Assembly (NCBI RefSeq): GCF_964213995.1
Contig: NC_135801.1
Coordinates: 111,848,001-111,912,000, forward strand
Direction of reading: 5' to 3'
Length of the DNA: 64,000 nucleotides
From: Mustelus asterias
Lineage: Eukaryota
The notes beneath the pieces are model-generated. The model saw nothing but the letters and a program-made list of their open reading frames with translations, made no database searches and was not told the DNA's origin. Of this stretch, positions 24,263 to 38,202 are shown piece by piece. Positions within the stretch are counted from its first letter, which is position 1. Every line of letters begins with the position of its first letter. Position numbers and translations under genes: made by a program.

Positions 24263-25805
24263 CAATGCACTAAACTAACGCACAAGATTGTGTAATTTTT
24301 GACACAGGTTATGATCCTAAATCAAGTTTCCATAATGTTTAACACTGGTTTTGAAAGCTGCTCTGGAAAACCACCCATACTGGCCACACGTTAGCTTGAA
24401 ATAATGAGCATGCAAAGTTTCCGTCAATTGCTTCCGTTTTCTAGCATTTCAAGGAGTTTCTTTAAATTGAGCTTTGTTGGGGGACAAGAATTGGCATGTT
24501 TTAAAAATTCATACATATTTAAAAGTATTAAATTCACCAAGAAACTTATATGTACCAATAAAACTATTACATAGCAATGTTATTTAAGTCATTTTGTGTT
24601 AGGTGCTAGCATTCTTGACTCTGAGCCAGAAGATTGCGCTTCCAAGTCCGACGTCAGGGCTTGTGCACAAAACCAAGGTTGACATCCCACTGCAGTACTG
24701 AGTGTGTGCTGCACTGTCAGAGATGCTGTATTTCAGATGTGATATCAAACTGAGGACCTGTCTGCCCTCTCGGGTAAAACATCCTATAGAACTATTCGGA
24801 AGAAGTGCAGCAATTATCCCTGCTGTCCTGGCCAATATCCTTCAAGCAGCATCACAAAAACAGAGTAAGATGCTTAACATTTTTTTTGATTTTTCAAGGG
24901 ATCTGGACATCAGTGGCTAAGCCAGAAATTTATTGCCCTTGAAAAGGTGGTGGTGAGCTGCCTTCATTGAACTGCTACAGTTCATGTGGTGCAGGTAGTA
25001 CACCCACAGTGCTGTTAGGGAGGGAGTTCCAAGATTTTGACCCAGCAACATTGCCGAAACTGTGAAGAAATGCTAATCTTTCTTTCAATTTTTGTGACTT
25101 AAAATCAGGTTACCCACAGGCGATTGACGAGACACCCTGATGAAAAATGCTCATTTTTTGTACTAAACCTATATAAGATATTTTAAATAACATTGCACCC
25201 AGATATGACTCTTAATTATGTCCATGAATATGTTTTAATGGAAAGAAAAATGAATTACATCCATTTGCTGTCTGATTGCAGTGGCTCGTGGAAGATTTGA
25301 TGTTTTTGATTATACAAATGAGTTGGGGGAGCAACTTGAAGCTTAATTTCAGTTTGGAAAAACAACACAAATGCAGTTTGTGCCTAGTTTTTCAATTGTT
25401 CCCAAAGTGAACATTCTACCTCAGTGTTTCCATGTCTCTGAAAAACATGTCAAAGCAGCATACATCACACATAACATGTTGCTTTGAAATGTAGACCGTT
25501 ATCCTTTTTGCCATTTTGTGTGCATCAAGATTTCTCAAAGATCAATGTCCAGTTAATCTGTTTTCAATAGTGTTGGTTAATTGAGGCCCTGGAACACCTT
25601 AAACCTCAGCCACTGGAACGGTAAGACAGATCATGCTTTATCTGAAATATTGCACCTCCAAATATGTAGCTTCTCAGTACTGCCCTGTTAGCCTGGAACA
25701 TTGGCCTCAATTCTTTGCTTCAGTCATGGGCATGGGCTCATCCAACACCCTGCTGAGTCATTTAGCAGTGTGATCAAAGGGTTGGTTTTCTTTGACCTTT
25801 CTTAC

Positions 25806-26077
25806 CTCTACTGCCTGTGTGGCCCCACCCTGTGATGAAGCAGTAGGTATCGGATTCTGCCACCTGGTCTTTGCTGGGGAGACAGACAGGTCGGACATAG
25901 CTAGTCTCAATCACTTCTTCACGTAGCTCCACCACACTGATATCGTAATCCACAAATGCTCTGTTATAGCGTGGGTGTAAGATAATCCGGTTTACCGCTC
26001 GGGTCTGCATGGATTCGGATGGATGATCCAGATTGTTGATACCAAACACAACATTCCAGACCGCTGCATTTTCACGG
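25806..26077 (-). CDS. CORIN: CORIN protease exon (catalytic Asp, DYDI)
   Basis: ttcttgtag| ... |gtaag. RENAAVWNVVFGINNLDHP...VDYDISVVEL...CFITGWGHTGSR. Confidence 0.96.
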
Positions 26078-27477
26078 CTACAAGAAAACAGTCAAAATAA
26101 AACAATTGTACAGTTCCACCATGCTGGCTAACTCTCCTAGTCTTTTGTTTTTGCTGCAGCTGACTAATGTTCCGAGTGTAAAGACTATTATCATTAAACA
26201 ATTTATGTATGTGTATGCCTTTGACTAATTCCCTGTTATCAAGACTTTTTTAGTAATACTACATTTTTAATTGAAACTACCAATCTAAACACATACTTTA
26301 TAATTTTCAATGTAAATAATTATCTGTGACAGTCCAGATTCAGGCCTTCAGCCATTAGCTGGTGAGGTTCTACCTCCTCACTACCATTTGCCCACCTAAT
26401 CTGCCTCATGTTTTTCCTGATTTAGCCGTACAATGGGTCCACTGCCATTTCCTGAGTGCCCGGCGGACACCCCGACTCCCGGTGTTCCCTTTCCCAATCT
26501 TCTGCTTTGTCCACAATGTCTGATTCCAGTGATGTCATGTCCTGAGATCTGCTAGTGCTCCTGCACATTCCCTATCTTCCCCGTGACCACCCTCCACTAC
26601 TGCCCAGTCCTGTATCTTGCTCTGACAGCTAGCTTTTCTTTCTGTAACACTAATACTGCTCTTTATTGACCAGACCAAAATCTATCTCTCATTGGGTACT
26701 CTTCTCGCCATTTTTTTGTACAACATGCCAGGTTCAGCTTGCCTCCTACTGTGGTCCTTCAAATGCATTTGAGCGCCTCTCTCTAGATTTAGCCTTCTCT
26801 CTGACATCAGACTGCTCTCCAGTGGGCTTGCCCCCACTCAGCTGCTCACAAGTCCACCACACAGACAAGAAATCAGAATGACACACATAGCTGAGGACAG
26901 AAAAAACAACCACGAGTAGCAAAACAACACTACAATCGCCAAGATTTGCTTGAAAACCTTTCTTGTTTTGCAAAGAGAGAGACAGGAGAAACACAGCCTG
27001 GGCACAGAAACAGATGCGTTCAGATGGAATAAACAAATATGAGCCAAAGACAACAAAGGTACGACTATGGGAGAAGAAAAAAATGAGCTCTTAAAATCCA
27101 TGGACTGTGATCTGGAATTTCTCTCTCAAGTGCCCTAATGCACTGGCCCCAGCAGAGTATGTAGGGTCATTGAGTACACAGCCATTGTGGTGCTCTTATG
27201 ACTCATGGAGCTCACAAATCCAGTGTTGCGCTTCTTTTAGTGGGGCTACTTGCCTAAGCACTAACATCAGCCCTTTAGAACCTCTTTCAATCCTCTTGTA
27301 TGCAAGAAAAAAAATCATGATTTACTTTTTAAACAATTTTGAACAGCCTGATTTATGACAACTTTAAACCTGCTTCATTCCTATGGATGAATTTTTTGTT
27401 GAAGAGCCAGCTGAAGTAAAATTTCAGGAATGAGGAACAAGGCTAATATAATAATTAGGGAATAATTTCCAGAATTT

Positions 27478-28050
27478 CACAGAATCACTGAATTGTTACG
27501 GTGCAGAAGGCCTTTCACCTCATCCTCATTGCACCGGCTCTCCGAATGAGCATCAGAACTTGGTGCCATTCTCCTACGTTTTGGCAGTAACCCTGCACAT
27601 TGTTCCTATTCAAATAATCATCTAATGTCCTCTTGAATGCCTCGATTGAACCTGCCTCCGCCACACACCAGGCAGAGCATTCCAGACCCGACCACTCACT
27701 GTGTGAAAAAAGCTTTTTCTCTCATATCACATTTGCTTCTTTTGCAAATCACCTTAAACCTGTACTCTCTCGTTCTTTCTTCTTTTATGACTGGGAATAG
27801 TTTCTCCCTATCTACACTTTGCAGCCCCTCATGATTTTGAGCACCTCTAGCAAATCTCCACTATCCTTCTCCTCTCTAAGGAGAACAGTTCCAACTTCTC
27901 TCATATACCTCCATAGCTAAAGTTTCTCATTCCTGGACCATTCTTGTAACCTCTTCTGCACTCTCTCCAATGTGTTAACATCCTTCTTATAGTGTGGTAT
28001 TCAGAACTGCACAAAATATTCCAGTTGAGGTCTTACTAATGTCCCATAGA
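27478..28050 (-). mobile_element. Old CR1 3' fragment
   Basis: Reverse complement of aagacctcaactggaatattttgtgcagttctg and ttttttcacacagtgagtggtc. Confidence 0.7.
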
Positions 28051-28155
28051 AATACATATATCAAGTACCCAATATCTTGTACACCATTTCATTTCTTAAT
28101 ATTTCATTCATTCATTGTCTTTATTTTAGTTTTTGGCTTCAATATCAGGACTTAC

Positions 28156-28330
28156 CCTTCAAAGCAATGTGCCACTGTCAAAACCCATTTTCGTCCAATC
28201 AGTACACAGCCACAAATATGCCCACTTGGTTCACTCTGCAACGAGCACTGCCAGGGCCAGCGGCCTGGGCGACTAGTTCTGCCTCCGAGAATTCTTTTAT
28301 TCAATCGAATTGCTGGCCGCTGACCACAGC
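28156..28330 (-). CDS. CORIN: CORIN exon with activation site (KR|ILGG) and catalytic His
   Basis: ttttctag| ... |gtaag. [57 protein letters not shown]. Confidence 0.97.
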
Positions 28331-30018
28331 CTAGAAAATGTAGATTTTGTTTATAGATAGATTCATTTCTCACAACCTACAACTCACCTTGAGCAAGGGT
28401 TCTTACTCGTTTTGTATTTTTTGAATGTTTCAGTTCAGTCATTTTCTTTCCACCTCAACTCTATCTTGCTCCAACCTTCCCCAAAGTATGAGCATTCACC
28501 AGCCCCCTGGTCATGTGGTAAAGTAGTTTAGACCTTCATTCAATTACTTTTATCTCTCCTATCAGTCAGGTTTTCTCTATTTAAGGCGTATTAAAGGAGT
28601 AGGATTAGGATGAGTACATTGGGTACAAACACTTCCCTTTCCTATTGTGCATTTTTTAAAAATGGGAAAACAGCCTTTTACAGCAAGAAACATGGCGGCT
28701 GGGTCTGCTTAATCATGGGAGAAGCTGCACTGGCCTGGCGGTGGGAAAACCTCCTGCAATTAAGTTGCAGGAAGGAATGGGTCTGTAGGAGATGTTCACT
28801 CGCTCAGGGCAGGTTGTCAATTAGGCTCATTATTGAGCTCATTGACACCAATTAACTCTGAGCCCACTGGAATGTAGTGTCTCAGGGATTACATGCCAGT
28901 GACATGGCATTCCAGTGCCTCAGGCCACCAGGAAAACGCTGCTGGATGTGCCTTAGCCCTCTGGAGGAGCCCCTCTGTCAAATGCACAATGCACAATTGA
29001 TGGACAGGCCACTGAGCAGTGAGGTAGCTGTTAAAAGCCACCCTCTACCTTTGCTTCTGAATCCCCCCAATATCACCATCCCTCCCGGTGACTCACTCTG
29101 CGACCCATATCCCACCCTCACTGACTTGTGTCTGTCAATGATTTCGGACAGCTCCCGGGTGCATTACCCACAGCGACAACCTCTCCTGGTGGCGCTGCAT
29201 ATAATGGAAAGCTGCTGGGCTCTGGTTGGCTGACAGCTCTCGACAGGCTGGATTTTCATCCGGGCTCCTGAATCCTGGAGAAGGCGCAATGCTGGCTCGT
29301 TGGGTACTCAACAATCTCCTCCTCACCAGCAACATGGGTTCAATTACATTAAATTCTGTCTCTAACTTTTTTTTTGCATTAACCGTTCAAATCTCATTGC
29401 ATTAGCAATAGTTTAAATTATATTATATTGATTGCTATTCTGGTCAGTGAAGAGGATCCATTATGCTGCAGCTGGAAAAGTCAACATCAATTAAACACAT
29501 GACAGAGTCCAACTAACACTGCTGCCCACAGCCTGAGAATCCTTTCACCCCACACCTAGGTCAGTCTGACATGTTGCAAGCCCCTTCGCGTTCAACTCTT
29601 TATTCAGTATTAAGTAGCAGAGTTCGATCCTCATCACCTGGGCAGTAATCCAGTGCAGTGAATCACCCACCCTTTATAGAATCTACCTGATTTCAACGGA
29701 TTGAAAATTGGGCAAGTTTAATTTCAACATTCCATTTCTTAATATTTGTCCCTCTGCCTCAGTGAAAATCTACCTTTTCTTTTATAGCTGGCATATGTGT
29801 TTTCAGATTATTTATTTACACTATTTTGACTGTTCGATTTCTTTTTAAATCTAAAAATCTTATATTCCAAACCTGGATTAAACCTTCAAGGCCTTTTGCA
29901 TTCAAGGGGTTTCTCAATTCAGTAGATGATTTAGATATAGATGAGCTTCAGGAGTAGTAACCATATTTGAAAATGGAAGACATAAATATAAAAGGTAAAA
30001 CATTTGTACAGGAACAAG

Positions 30019-30348
30019 AGGACAGCACGATAGTTAGCACTGCTGCCTCACAGCTCCAGGGATCCATGTTCAATTCCAGCCTTGGGTAACTGTCTGTGTG
30101 GAGTTTGCACATTCTCCCCGTGTCTGCATGAATTTCCTCCGGATGCTACAGCTTCCTCCCACAGTCCAAAGATGCAGAGGTTAGGTGGATTGACCAAGCT
30201 AAATTTCCCATTAATGTCCAAAGATGTGCAGGTTGGGGGAATTAGCAGGGTAAATGTGTGGGATTATGGGGATGGGGCCTGGGTAAGATGCTCAGAGTTG
30301 GCACAGACTCAATGGGCCAAATGCCTCCTGCACTGTAGGAATTCTAAG
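30019..30348 (+). mobile_element. HE1/V-SINE
   Basis: Family head, V-domain and tail. Confidence 0.8.
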
Positions 30349-31146
30349 ACAATCCTGCTATTGGAATAGAGAATATTTTGAGATTCTTTGAGACTTTTGA
30401 GATGCTTAACAAATCGTTCATTTCAGTGTTTACCCAAGGGAAGATCAGGGTGAGGAGGGGAAGGTAAACATCGAGTTGGTCCTATAACCAGCAGAGGGCC
30501 CCAATTTGCATATTTAAACATCGTTCTATATGCTTCAGAGCCAGTCACCCGTTTAATGGTCTTCCTGAGGATTGAATCAAGGGAAAATTGGTGTACAAAG
30601 TTCAGAGCAGATTTTTCTCTGCCGGTCATTCGTTTTTTTTAACAACTGAAAGATTCCCCATCTCAAAATGTCAAAATAGGCTCGATAAGGGGAAAAAAAT
30701 AAGAGAACAAGGGCCAGTGGATGGGATTAGGACTATTGCTCATACAGAGAATTGGGGTGAGAGTCACCAAAAGCAAAGCGATCTGAATATATTTCTGTGA
30801 CAAGGATTCATGTAATTATAGCTCTTTTGGGTGTGTAATAAGTGCAAGTGCTTCTGGACCACTTCAAATAGATGGAATTATTAGACTTCAAGGGGGTAGA
30901 AAATGTAGTTTCCCCTTTGTTTACCTTCTTATTATATAGATTGTGGACCAATGTATTTGTTTAAAATCATCAGTGGCCACAGCATTTCAGCATTCAATGC
31001 AGTCAGTGCATGTAATACAGGATGAAGTCCATACTAACAATAGAACATGACCTTTTTCTGGATTATATACAAGTGAAGAGAAGCAAAGGACTATGGCAGT
31101 GCTTTGCAAACTATTTTCCAAGGTGACCCCAATAGGAATGGGTAAA

Positions 31147-31324
31147 AAGTCCAAAGATGTGCTGAATAGGTTGACTGGTTATGCTAAAATTGCCCTTAGT
31201 GTCAGAGGGGTAGCAGGGTAAAAAGGTGGGATCACAGGGATAGGGCCTGGGTGGGATTGTTGTCAGTGTAGGCTCAATGGGCCGAATGGCCTCCTTTTGC
31301 ACTGTAGGATTCTATGATTCTATG
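31147..31324 (+). mobile_element. HE1/V-SINE 3' half
   Basis: agtccaaagatgtgc ... ggattctatgattctatg. Confidence 0.8.
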
Positions 31325-32471
31325 TAACAAAGGCTGGCCTTGCCAGCAATGCCCATGTTCCATGAACAAATTTATATAAAAAACATAACTTTTGAAAACT
31401 CACATGACCCCAGAGGGCAACAAAAACAAACAGCAATAAAGAATTATTGTAACATTTGGTTGGTTATTAAAGTTCACAAAATATATTAACAAACACATAT
31501 TCAGATCTTTCAGTCAGTCTTGGAGGGGGAGCTTCAATGCTGATTCCTATTTAATCTGCCATTTGATGCTCGAGCCATTCCACCTTCTGATGCCAACCCC
31601 AGCAGGAATGCAGAGATGAACACAGTCGCAAAGCAAACTGTCAGACGTAGCTCCAGCTCAGTCATGCCCCCTTTTCTTGTCATGAACTGAAGGTACATGG
31701 CCTTAAGGTTTGTCTTCAGTTCTAGACTTACATTGTTTAAATGGAGCTGTCAACCCCAACACTGCACAGCCTCCCTTCACCTCTGATAATGTTCACCCCC
31801 GATAATGTTCACCCCCACCCCCAACTCTGACAATGCTCCCCCTTCACATCCCACAATTTTCACCCTGAAATTGTTCACCTTTCTCCCTTACACTGCCTCC
31901 CATCACTGCTCACCCCTCTCCCTCACCTCGATAATGTTCGCCCCCTTTCTCACCCCCGAAGTTGTTCACCCTACAAAAACACAAAAATGCTCAAACCGGT
32001 GCCCACCGCCCCACCCTCTCTGACAATGCTGACATCAGGGATTCTAGAAGGTGAGCTGGGAGGGAGTGAGCATTTCCAAAGGATACAATTTTTACTGCAG
32101 AAATCTAGTTCACGGAAGGCATAATGGGAGAGAATTGGCATTTTGGACAACCTTTGCTTTGATTTACTCTGTGTTGCCTGCTCAGTTAGATGTACAGGTC
32201 AGATCTTCCAATTATTTTCCTTTATAATCTAATTCTGATCATAATAACAATATTTATCATCAGGTTTACACCCATAGATCGGTTCCTTGTAAAATCCTAG
32301 TAGAAAAAGCAATTTGTGCCTAGCTTCTATCAAGACTTACGCCTGCACATTATTTTTAGAACTAGACATGGATACAATACATCTCAATTCATAATATACT
32401 AATCCCAGTTTCTTACACAATTTTATACAAAGATTTGGCAGCCAGTATAAAATGAAGAGCCTTTTACTTAC

Positions 32472-32521
32472 TTTCCCTGGTGCATTGGAGGGTCACCCTG
32501 CTTTTACTCCGACACACCTGC
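32472..32521 (-). CDS. CORIN: CORIN 50-nt exon (end of SRCR domain)
   Basis: tatttatag| ... |gtaagt. (G)QVCRSKSRVTLQCTRE(S), equivalent to human GQSCESRSKISLLCTKQ. Phases fit both neighbouring exons. Confidence 0.9.
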
Positions 32522-32606
32522 CTATAAATAAATGGGGAATGAGGAAACATATATTGGTATAATTTGTAACTCAGCAGCTCATTACATTCCTATCTATTAA
32601 AAAATG

Positions 32607-32870
32607 TTTATTTATTAGTCACAAGTAAGACTGACATTAACACCGCAATGAAGTTACTGTGAAATTCACCTAGTCGCCACACTCCGGAACCTGTACAGGT
32701 CAATGCACCTAACCAGCGCATCTTTCAGACTGTGGGAGGAAACCAGAGCACCCGGAGGGAACCCACGCAGACACATGAAGAACATGCAAACTCCATTCAG
32801 ACAGTGACCCAAGCCGGGAATTGAACGTGGATCCCTGGCACTGTGAGGCAGCAGTGCTAACCACTATGCC
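32607..32870 (-). mobile_element. V-SINE, alternative-tail variant
   Basis: Same head and V-domain, but the tail is ttcacagtaacttcattgcggtgttaatgtcagtcttacttgtgactaataaataaa. Confidence 0.8.
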
Positions 32871-33170
32871 AAATATTCTTTCAATTTCTGCCCCACTGCA
32901 GTCTTCCTGGAGTCATAAGATTATCAGGTTTCACTCCAGAGAGTGAACACAAAACCCAGGTTGATACTCCAGTGTTGCACTGAAGGAGTGCTGCACTGTT
33001 AGATGTGTTATTTTTCAGGCAGGGCATTAATATCAGATCCTATCTGCTGCCTCAGGTGGAAGTTATGGATCCCATGACACTATTTTGAAGAGGAGCAAGG
33101 GAGTTATACCCAGTGTCATGACCAATATTTATCTGTAAACCAGTAACTAAAACAGATGATCTGGTCGTTA

Positions 33171-33461
33171 AAGTTATTTATTAGTGGCACAAGTAGGCTG
33201 ACATTAACACTACAATTAAGTTACTGTGAAAATTCCTTAGTTGCTACACTCCGGCGTCTGTTCGGGAGAATTTAGCATAGCCAATGCTCCTAACCAGTAT
33301 GTCTTTCAGATTGTGGGAGGAAACTGGAGCACCCAGAGGGGACCCATGTAGACACGGAGAATGTGTGAACTCCACACAGACAGTGACCCAAGCCGGGAAT
33401 CGAACCCAGTTCCATGGTGCTGTAAGGCAGTAGTGCTAACCACTGTGCCACCATGCTACCC
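33171..33461 (-). mobile_element. V-SINE, alternative-tail variant, nested in an older Deu-type SINE
   Basis: Same tail as 32607-32870. The host repeat continues on both sides (32905-33170, 33462-33610). Confidence 0.75.
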
Positions 33462-34117
33462 AGTTATCACACTGTTGTTTGTGCAAGCTTTAAATGCTCA
33501 ATTTAGCTGCCATGTTTCTTACATTACAACATTACCCTTCAGAAGTACTTCATTGATAATGCACTTTGTGACGTCCTAAGGTTGTAAAAAGACACTATGG
33601 AAATGTATGTTTTTGGAATAAATGATCAATAGTGCCAGTGATGTCTTATAAGCTGCAATAGCAGCTCCAGTATCTGCTATAGTGAATTTTAAATTGATAT
33701 TAGTCAAAGAAACAAGGAATTGAGGTCAAATTGTTGTTAGACAATAAACAACATCCTTCCCATTGACAATAGGTGGCACCATAGCATCCAAAAAGAAGAA
33801 ACCTGAGGTGCTGACTGTGTTATCTGTAGTCAAAGAAATCACACGTTGTTAACATTAGTTGACAGGAGCTTAATTCTGAGCTGACATCTCTCTCTCATTT
33901 AGTTTAATGCCAGTGTTAACCTGTTTGATTTAAAGGGATTAGCATCTTTGCTACAATTGCAGGTAAAGGAATGCGAGACAACAGTAATGAGCATTTGTCT
34001 GCTATTATCACCAAGAGGAATTAGCATTCCTCCCTCTCATGTCAGAAGGTGGAAGATTCAATCCCTGTTCGTGATGGTGTAATTATGGTATTTCAACTTT
34101 TAAGGACAACTATTGAA

Positions 34118-36912
34118 AAGGTAACCATCACTGAATCCCCCACTGTCAACATCCGTGGGGTTACCACTGACCTGAAACTCAACTGGACTCACCACATAAA
34201 CACAGTGACTACAAGAGCAGGTCAGAGGCTAGGAATACTGCGGCGAGTAACTCACCTCCAGACTCCCCAAAGCCTATCCACCATCTACAAGGCACAAGTC
34301 AGGAGTGTGATGGAATACTCCCCACTTGCCTGGATGGGTTCAGCTCCAAAAACACTCAAGAAACTTGACATCATCCAGGACAATGCAGCCCGTTTAATTG
34401 GCACCACATCTACAAACGTCCACTCCCGCCACCATCGACGCTCAGTAGCAGCAGTGTGCACTATCTACAAGATGCACTGCAGCAATTCACCAAGGATCAT
34501 TAGACAGCACCTTCCAAACCCACGACCACTTCCATCTAGAAGGACAAGGGCAACAGATACATGGGAATACCATCACTTGCAAGTTCCCCTCCAAGCCTCT
34601 CACCATCCTGACTTGGAAATATATCATAGAACATAGAAAATAGAACATAGAAAAAATACAGCACAAACAGGCCCTTCGGCCCACAAGTTGCGCCGGTCAT
34701 GTCCCTACCTACCTAGGCTTATATATAGGCTTACCTATAACCCTCAATCCTATTAAGTCTCATGTACTCATCCAGAAGTCTCTTAAAAGACCCTATTGAG
34801 TTTGCCTCCACCACCACTGACGGCAGCCGATTCCACTCACCCACCACCCTCTGAGTGAAAAACTTACCCCTGACATCTCCTCTGTACCTACTCCCCAGCA
34901 CCTTAAACCTGTGTCCTCTCGTAGCAGCCATTTCAGCCCGAGGAAAAAGCCTCCGAGAATCCACCCAATCTATACCTCTCAACATCTTGTACACCTCTAT
35001 CAGGTCACCTCTCATCCTTCGTCTCTCCAAGGAGAAAAGACCGAGCTCCCTCAGCCTATCCTCATAAGGCATGCCAACCAATCCAGGCAACATCCTTGTA
35101 AATCTTCTCTGCACCCTTTCAATCATTTCCACATCCCTCCTGTAATGAGGCGACCAGAACTGAGCACAGTACTCCAAGTGGGGTCTGACGAGGGTCTTAT
35201 AAAGCTGCATCATTATCTCCCGACTCCTAAACTCAATCCCTCGATTGATGAAGGCCAGCACACCACACGCCTTCTTAACCACCTCCTCTACCCGCGAGGC
35301 CAATTTAAGAGTCCTATGGACCCGGACCCCAAGGTTCTTCTGATCCTCTACACTGCTAAGAGTCTCACCCTTGATATTATACTCCTTCATCCCATTTGGC
35401 CTGCCAAAATGGACCACTACACATTTATCCGGGTTGAAGTCCATCTGCCACTTCTCGCCCAGTCTTGCATCCTATCTATGTCACGCTGCAGCTTCTGACA
35501 TCCCTCCAACCTATCCACAACACCACCAAACTTCGTGTCGTCGGCAAACTTACCAACCCTTCCCCCACTTCCTCATCCAGGTCATTTATGAAAATGACAA
35601 ACAGCAAGGGTCCCAGAACAGATCCCTGTGGCACTCCACTGGTGACCGACCTCCATTCAGAAAAAGACCCGTCTACAACCACTCTCTGCCTTCTGCAGGC
35701 AAGCCAGTTCTGAATCCACAAGGCAACAGCCCCTTGGATTCCATGCCCTCTCACTTTCTCGAGAAGTCTTGCATGGAGGACCTTATCGAACGCCTTGCTG
35801 AAGTCCATGTAAACCACATCTACCGCTTTTCCTTCGTCAATGTGTTTAGTCACATTTTCAAAGAACTCCACCAGGCTCGTAAGGCACGATTTGCCTTTGA
35901 CAAAGAGGTGCTGACTACTTTTGAGCATACTAAATTTCTCTAAATGTTCATAAATCCTGTCCCTCAGGATCTTTTCCATCAACTTACCAACCACTGAGGT
36001 TAGACTCACCGGTCGGTAATTTCCTGGGCTATCCCTATTCCCTTTCTTGAATATAGGAACCACATCCGCAATCCTCCAATCCTCCGGAACCTTTCCCGTC
36101 TCCATCGACGACGCAAAGATCATCGCCAGAGGCTCTGCAATCTCTTCCCTCGCCTCCCACAGTAACCTGGGGTACATCCCATCCGGTCCCAGCGACTTAT
36201 CTATCTTGATGCTATTCAAAATTTCCAACACATCCTCTTTCTTAACGTCCACATACTCAATCTTTTCAGTCCGCCTCAATCCTGTAGTACAACCATCCAA
36301 GTCTTTTTCCACCGTGAATACCGAGGTAAAATATTCATTAAGCACCTCTGCTATTTCTTCCGGTTCTGTACAGACTTTCTCACCTTCACATTTTATAGGT
36401 CCTATTCCTTCACATCTCATCCTTTTACTCTTCACATATTTATAGAACGCCTTAGGGTTCTCCTTAATCTTACCTACCAAGGTCTTCTCGTGACCCCTTC
36501 TGGCTCTCCTAATTTCTTTCTTAAGTCCCTTTCTACAAGCCGTATACTCATCTAGATCCCTATCATCGCCTAGCTCTCTGAACCTTTTGCACGCTTTCCC
36601 TTTCTTTCTCACTAGGTTCAGCGCAGCTTTCATGCAGCACGGTTCCCGTAACCTACCAACACCTCCCTGTCTCATCGGAACGTCGTCATGCAGAACTCCA
36701 GACAAACATTCCTTGAAAATCTGCCATGTTCCTTCGCAGTCGCTGTGTCAAAATCCTGGAATTCCCTCCCTAACGGCATTGTGGGTCAACCCAGAACATG
36801 GACTGCAGCGATTCAAGAAGGCAGCTCACCACCACCTTCTCGAGGGCAACTAGGGATGGGCAATAAATGCTGGCCAGCCAGCGACGTCCATGTCCCATGA
36901 ATGAATAAAAAA
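34118..36912 (+). mobile_element. Host LINE 3' part (CR1/L2 group), split into 34118-34625 and about 36725-36912 by the CR1 insertion
   Basis: ORF LNWTHHIN...IYKAQVRSVMEYSPLAW. Resumes after the CR1 and ends in gggatgggcaataaatgctggcc...atgaatgaataaaaaaa. Confidence 0.8.
34626..36722 (-). mobile_element. Young CR1 LINE, about 2.1 kb, 5'-truncated
   Basis: 409-aa and 237-aa RT ORF pieces separated by frameshifts near KFADD; (ttctatg)n-type tail at 34626-34655. Confidence 0.95.
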
Positions 36913-38009
36913 AGAATTCTGACTTCAAACCTTTGAATTGGGTTTCAAAGCCCTTTCCAAAATGGGAACCTGGCTTGTTCTGTGTTGTTCAAAACGTGTC
37001 AGACTCGTATCTTGAGAGTTAGCTACAAAGTTAATAATATCAAAAGATTCCTCCAGGGATGTCCTTTGCATCCTCTAGGAGGTGTGAAACTCATTGGATT
37101 CTGAGAAGGGGAGACAGAAAGGCACTTCAATGGACCTCAACATCATTAACTTCTTTGCCTGGTGGAATAATGATTCATCAGAATTAACATGGCACTCATT
37201 TTGTTCTTGGTCATGATAATGACAGCTGTGAAGAATCCCCAGAAAGAGCTCTGAGAGACATCATCAGAAAGATTTTCCATCTGCCACCAGGAGTCAAAGA
37301 GGAAAGTACTAAGGTATTAAAAATCAACTGTTGTTCTGCCAACAATCTGTCAAAACAATAGAACTAATGAGGAACGAGAAACCTTCTCACTGCCCCATGC
37401 TTGACCTGCTGAGTCCACCTGAAAAAGGCAAACACCGTCCAGTCGACTTCAGAAGCCATCATGGCTGCTAAATTGAATTTCAATACTTTCACTTTGGAAA
37501 GAAGCAATTCAAGCAATAGGCCTGAAACAATGCCTCAGAGACTGATTTAAAACCTCATCTTTTAAGTACATTTCTTCCTTTGTCTGCAATTTAATCTTTG
37601 TAACTATATTTTAGTTAGCTTTATCACTTTCGCTTAAGTAACTTTCAGCAGTAATTTTGTGATAAACTGACCTTTATCTGGTTTAAGACAAAAGCTTGTC
37701 TGCTGGATTTTTTTTAAACCATTCATAAACTGAAAGAGAGTGACAGACACAAACACATGAATTCTTAGCTCACGGACTACTTTGAGATAACCCTTTGATG
37801 TGGCCGTGGCCAGATAGTCTCCGGCTCTGAATTCTGCATTGAAATCTAGTGGGATACTTGTACATGGTGGGTGTGATTGAGCCCATGGAACATGGGAGCC
37901 CATTAACTCCTCCTGCCGAGTAAGACAAACCATGTTATCAGTTAAGAGTGTTGTGGCCATGGGGGAAGCATTCACGGAGGATAAATAAAATGTGTGACTC
38001 TCCCTACCA

Positions 38010-38202
38010 AGTAAGAAGTCTCACAACACCAGGTTAAAGTCCAACAGGTTTATTTGGAATCACGAGCTTTCGGAGTGCTGCTCCTTCATCAAGTGAGCTC
38101 CGAAAGCTTGTGATTCCAAATAAACCTGTTGGACTTTAACCTGGTGTTGTGAGACTTCTTACTGCGCCCACCCCAGTCCAATGCCAGAATCTCCACCTCA
38201 TG
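38010..38202 (+). mobile_element. Penelope-like family A palindromic end
   Basis: About 75-bp near-perfect inverted arms around a truncated hammerhead, followed by the tail. Confidence 0.8.

Noticed and set aside
31780-32035. gataatgttcacccc-type tandem repeat
   Set aside because: A short degenerate low-complexity repeat with no further structure.
34911-36445. Long plus-strand ORFs (195, 190 and 132 aa)
   Set aside because: Antisense shadows of the CR1 RT reading frame.
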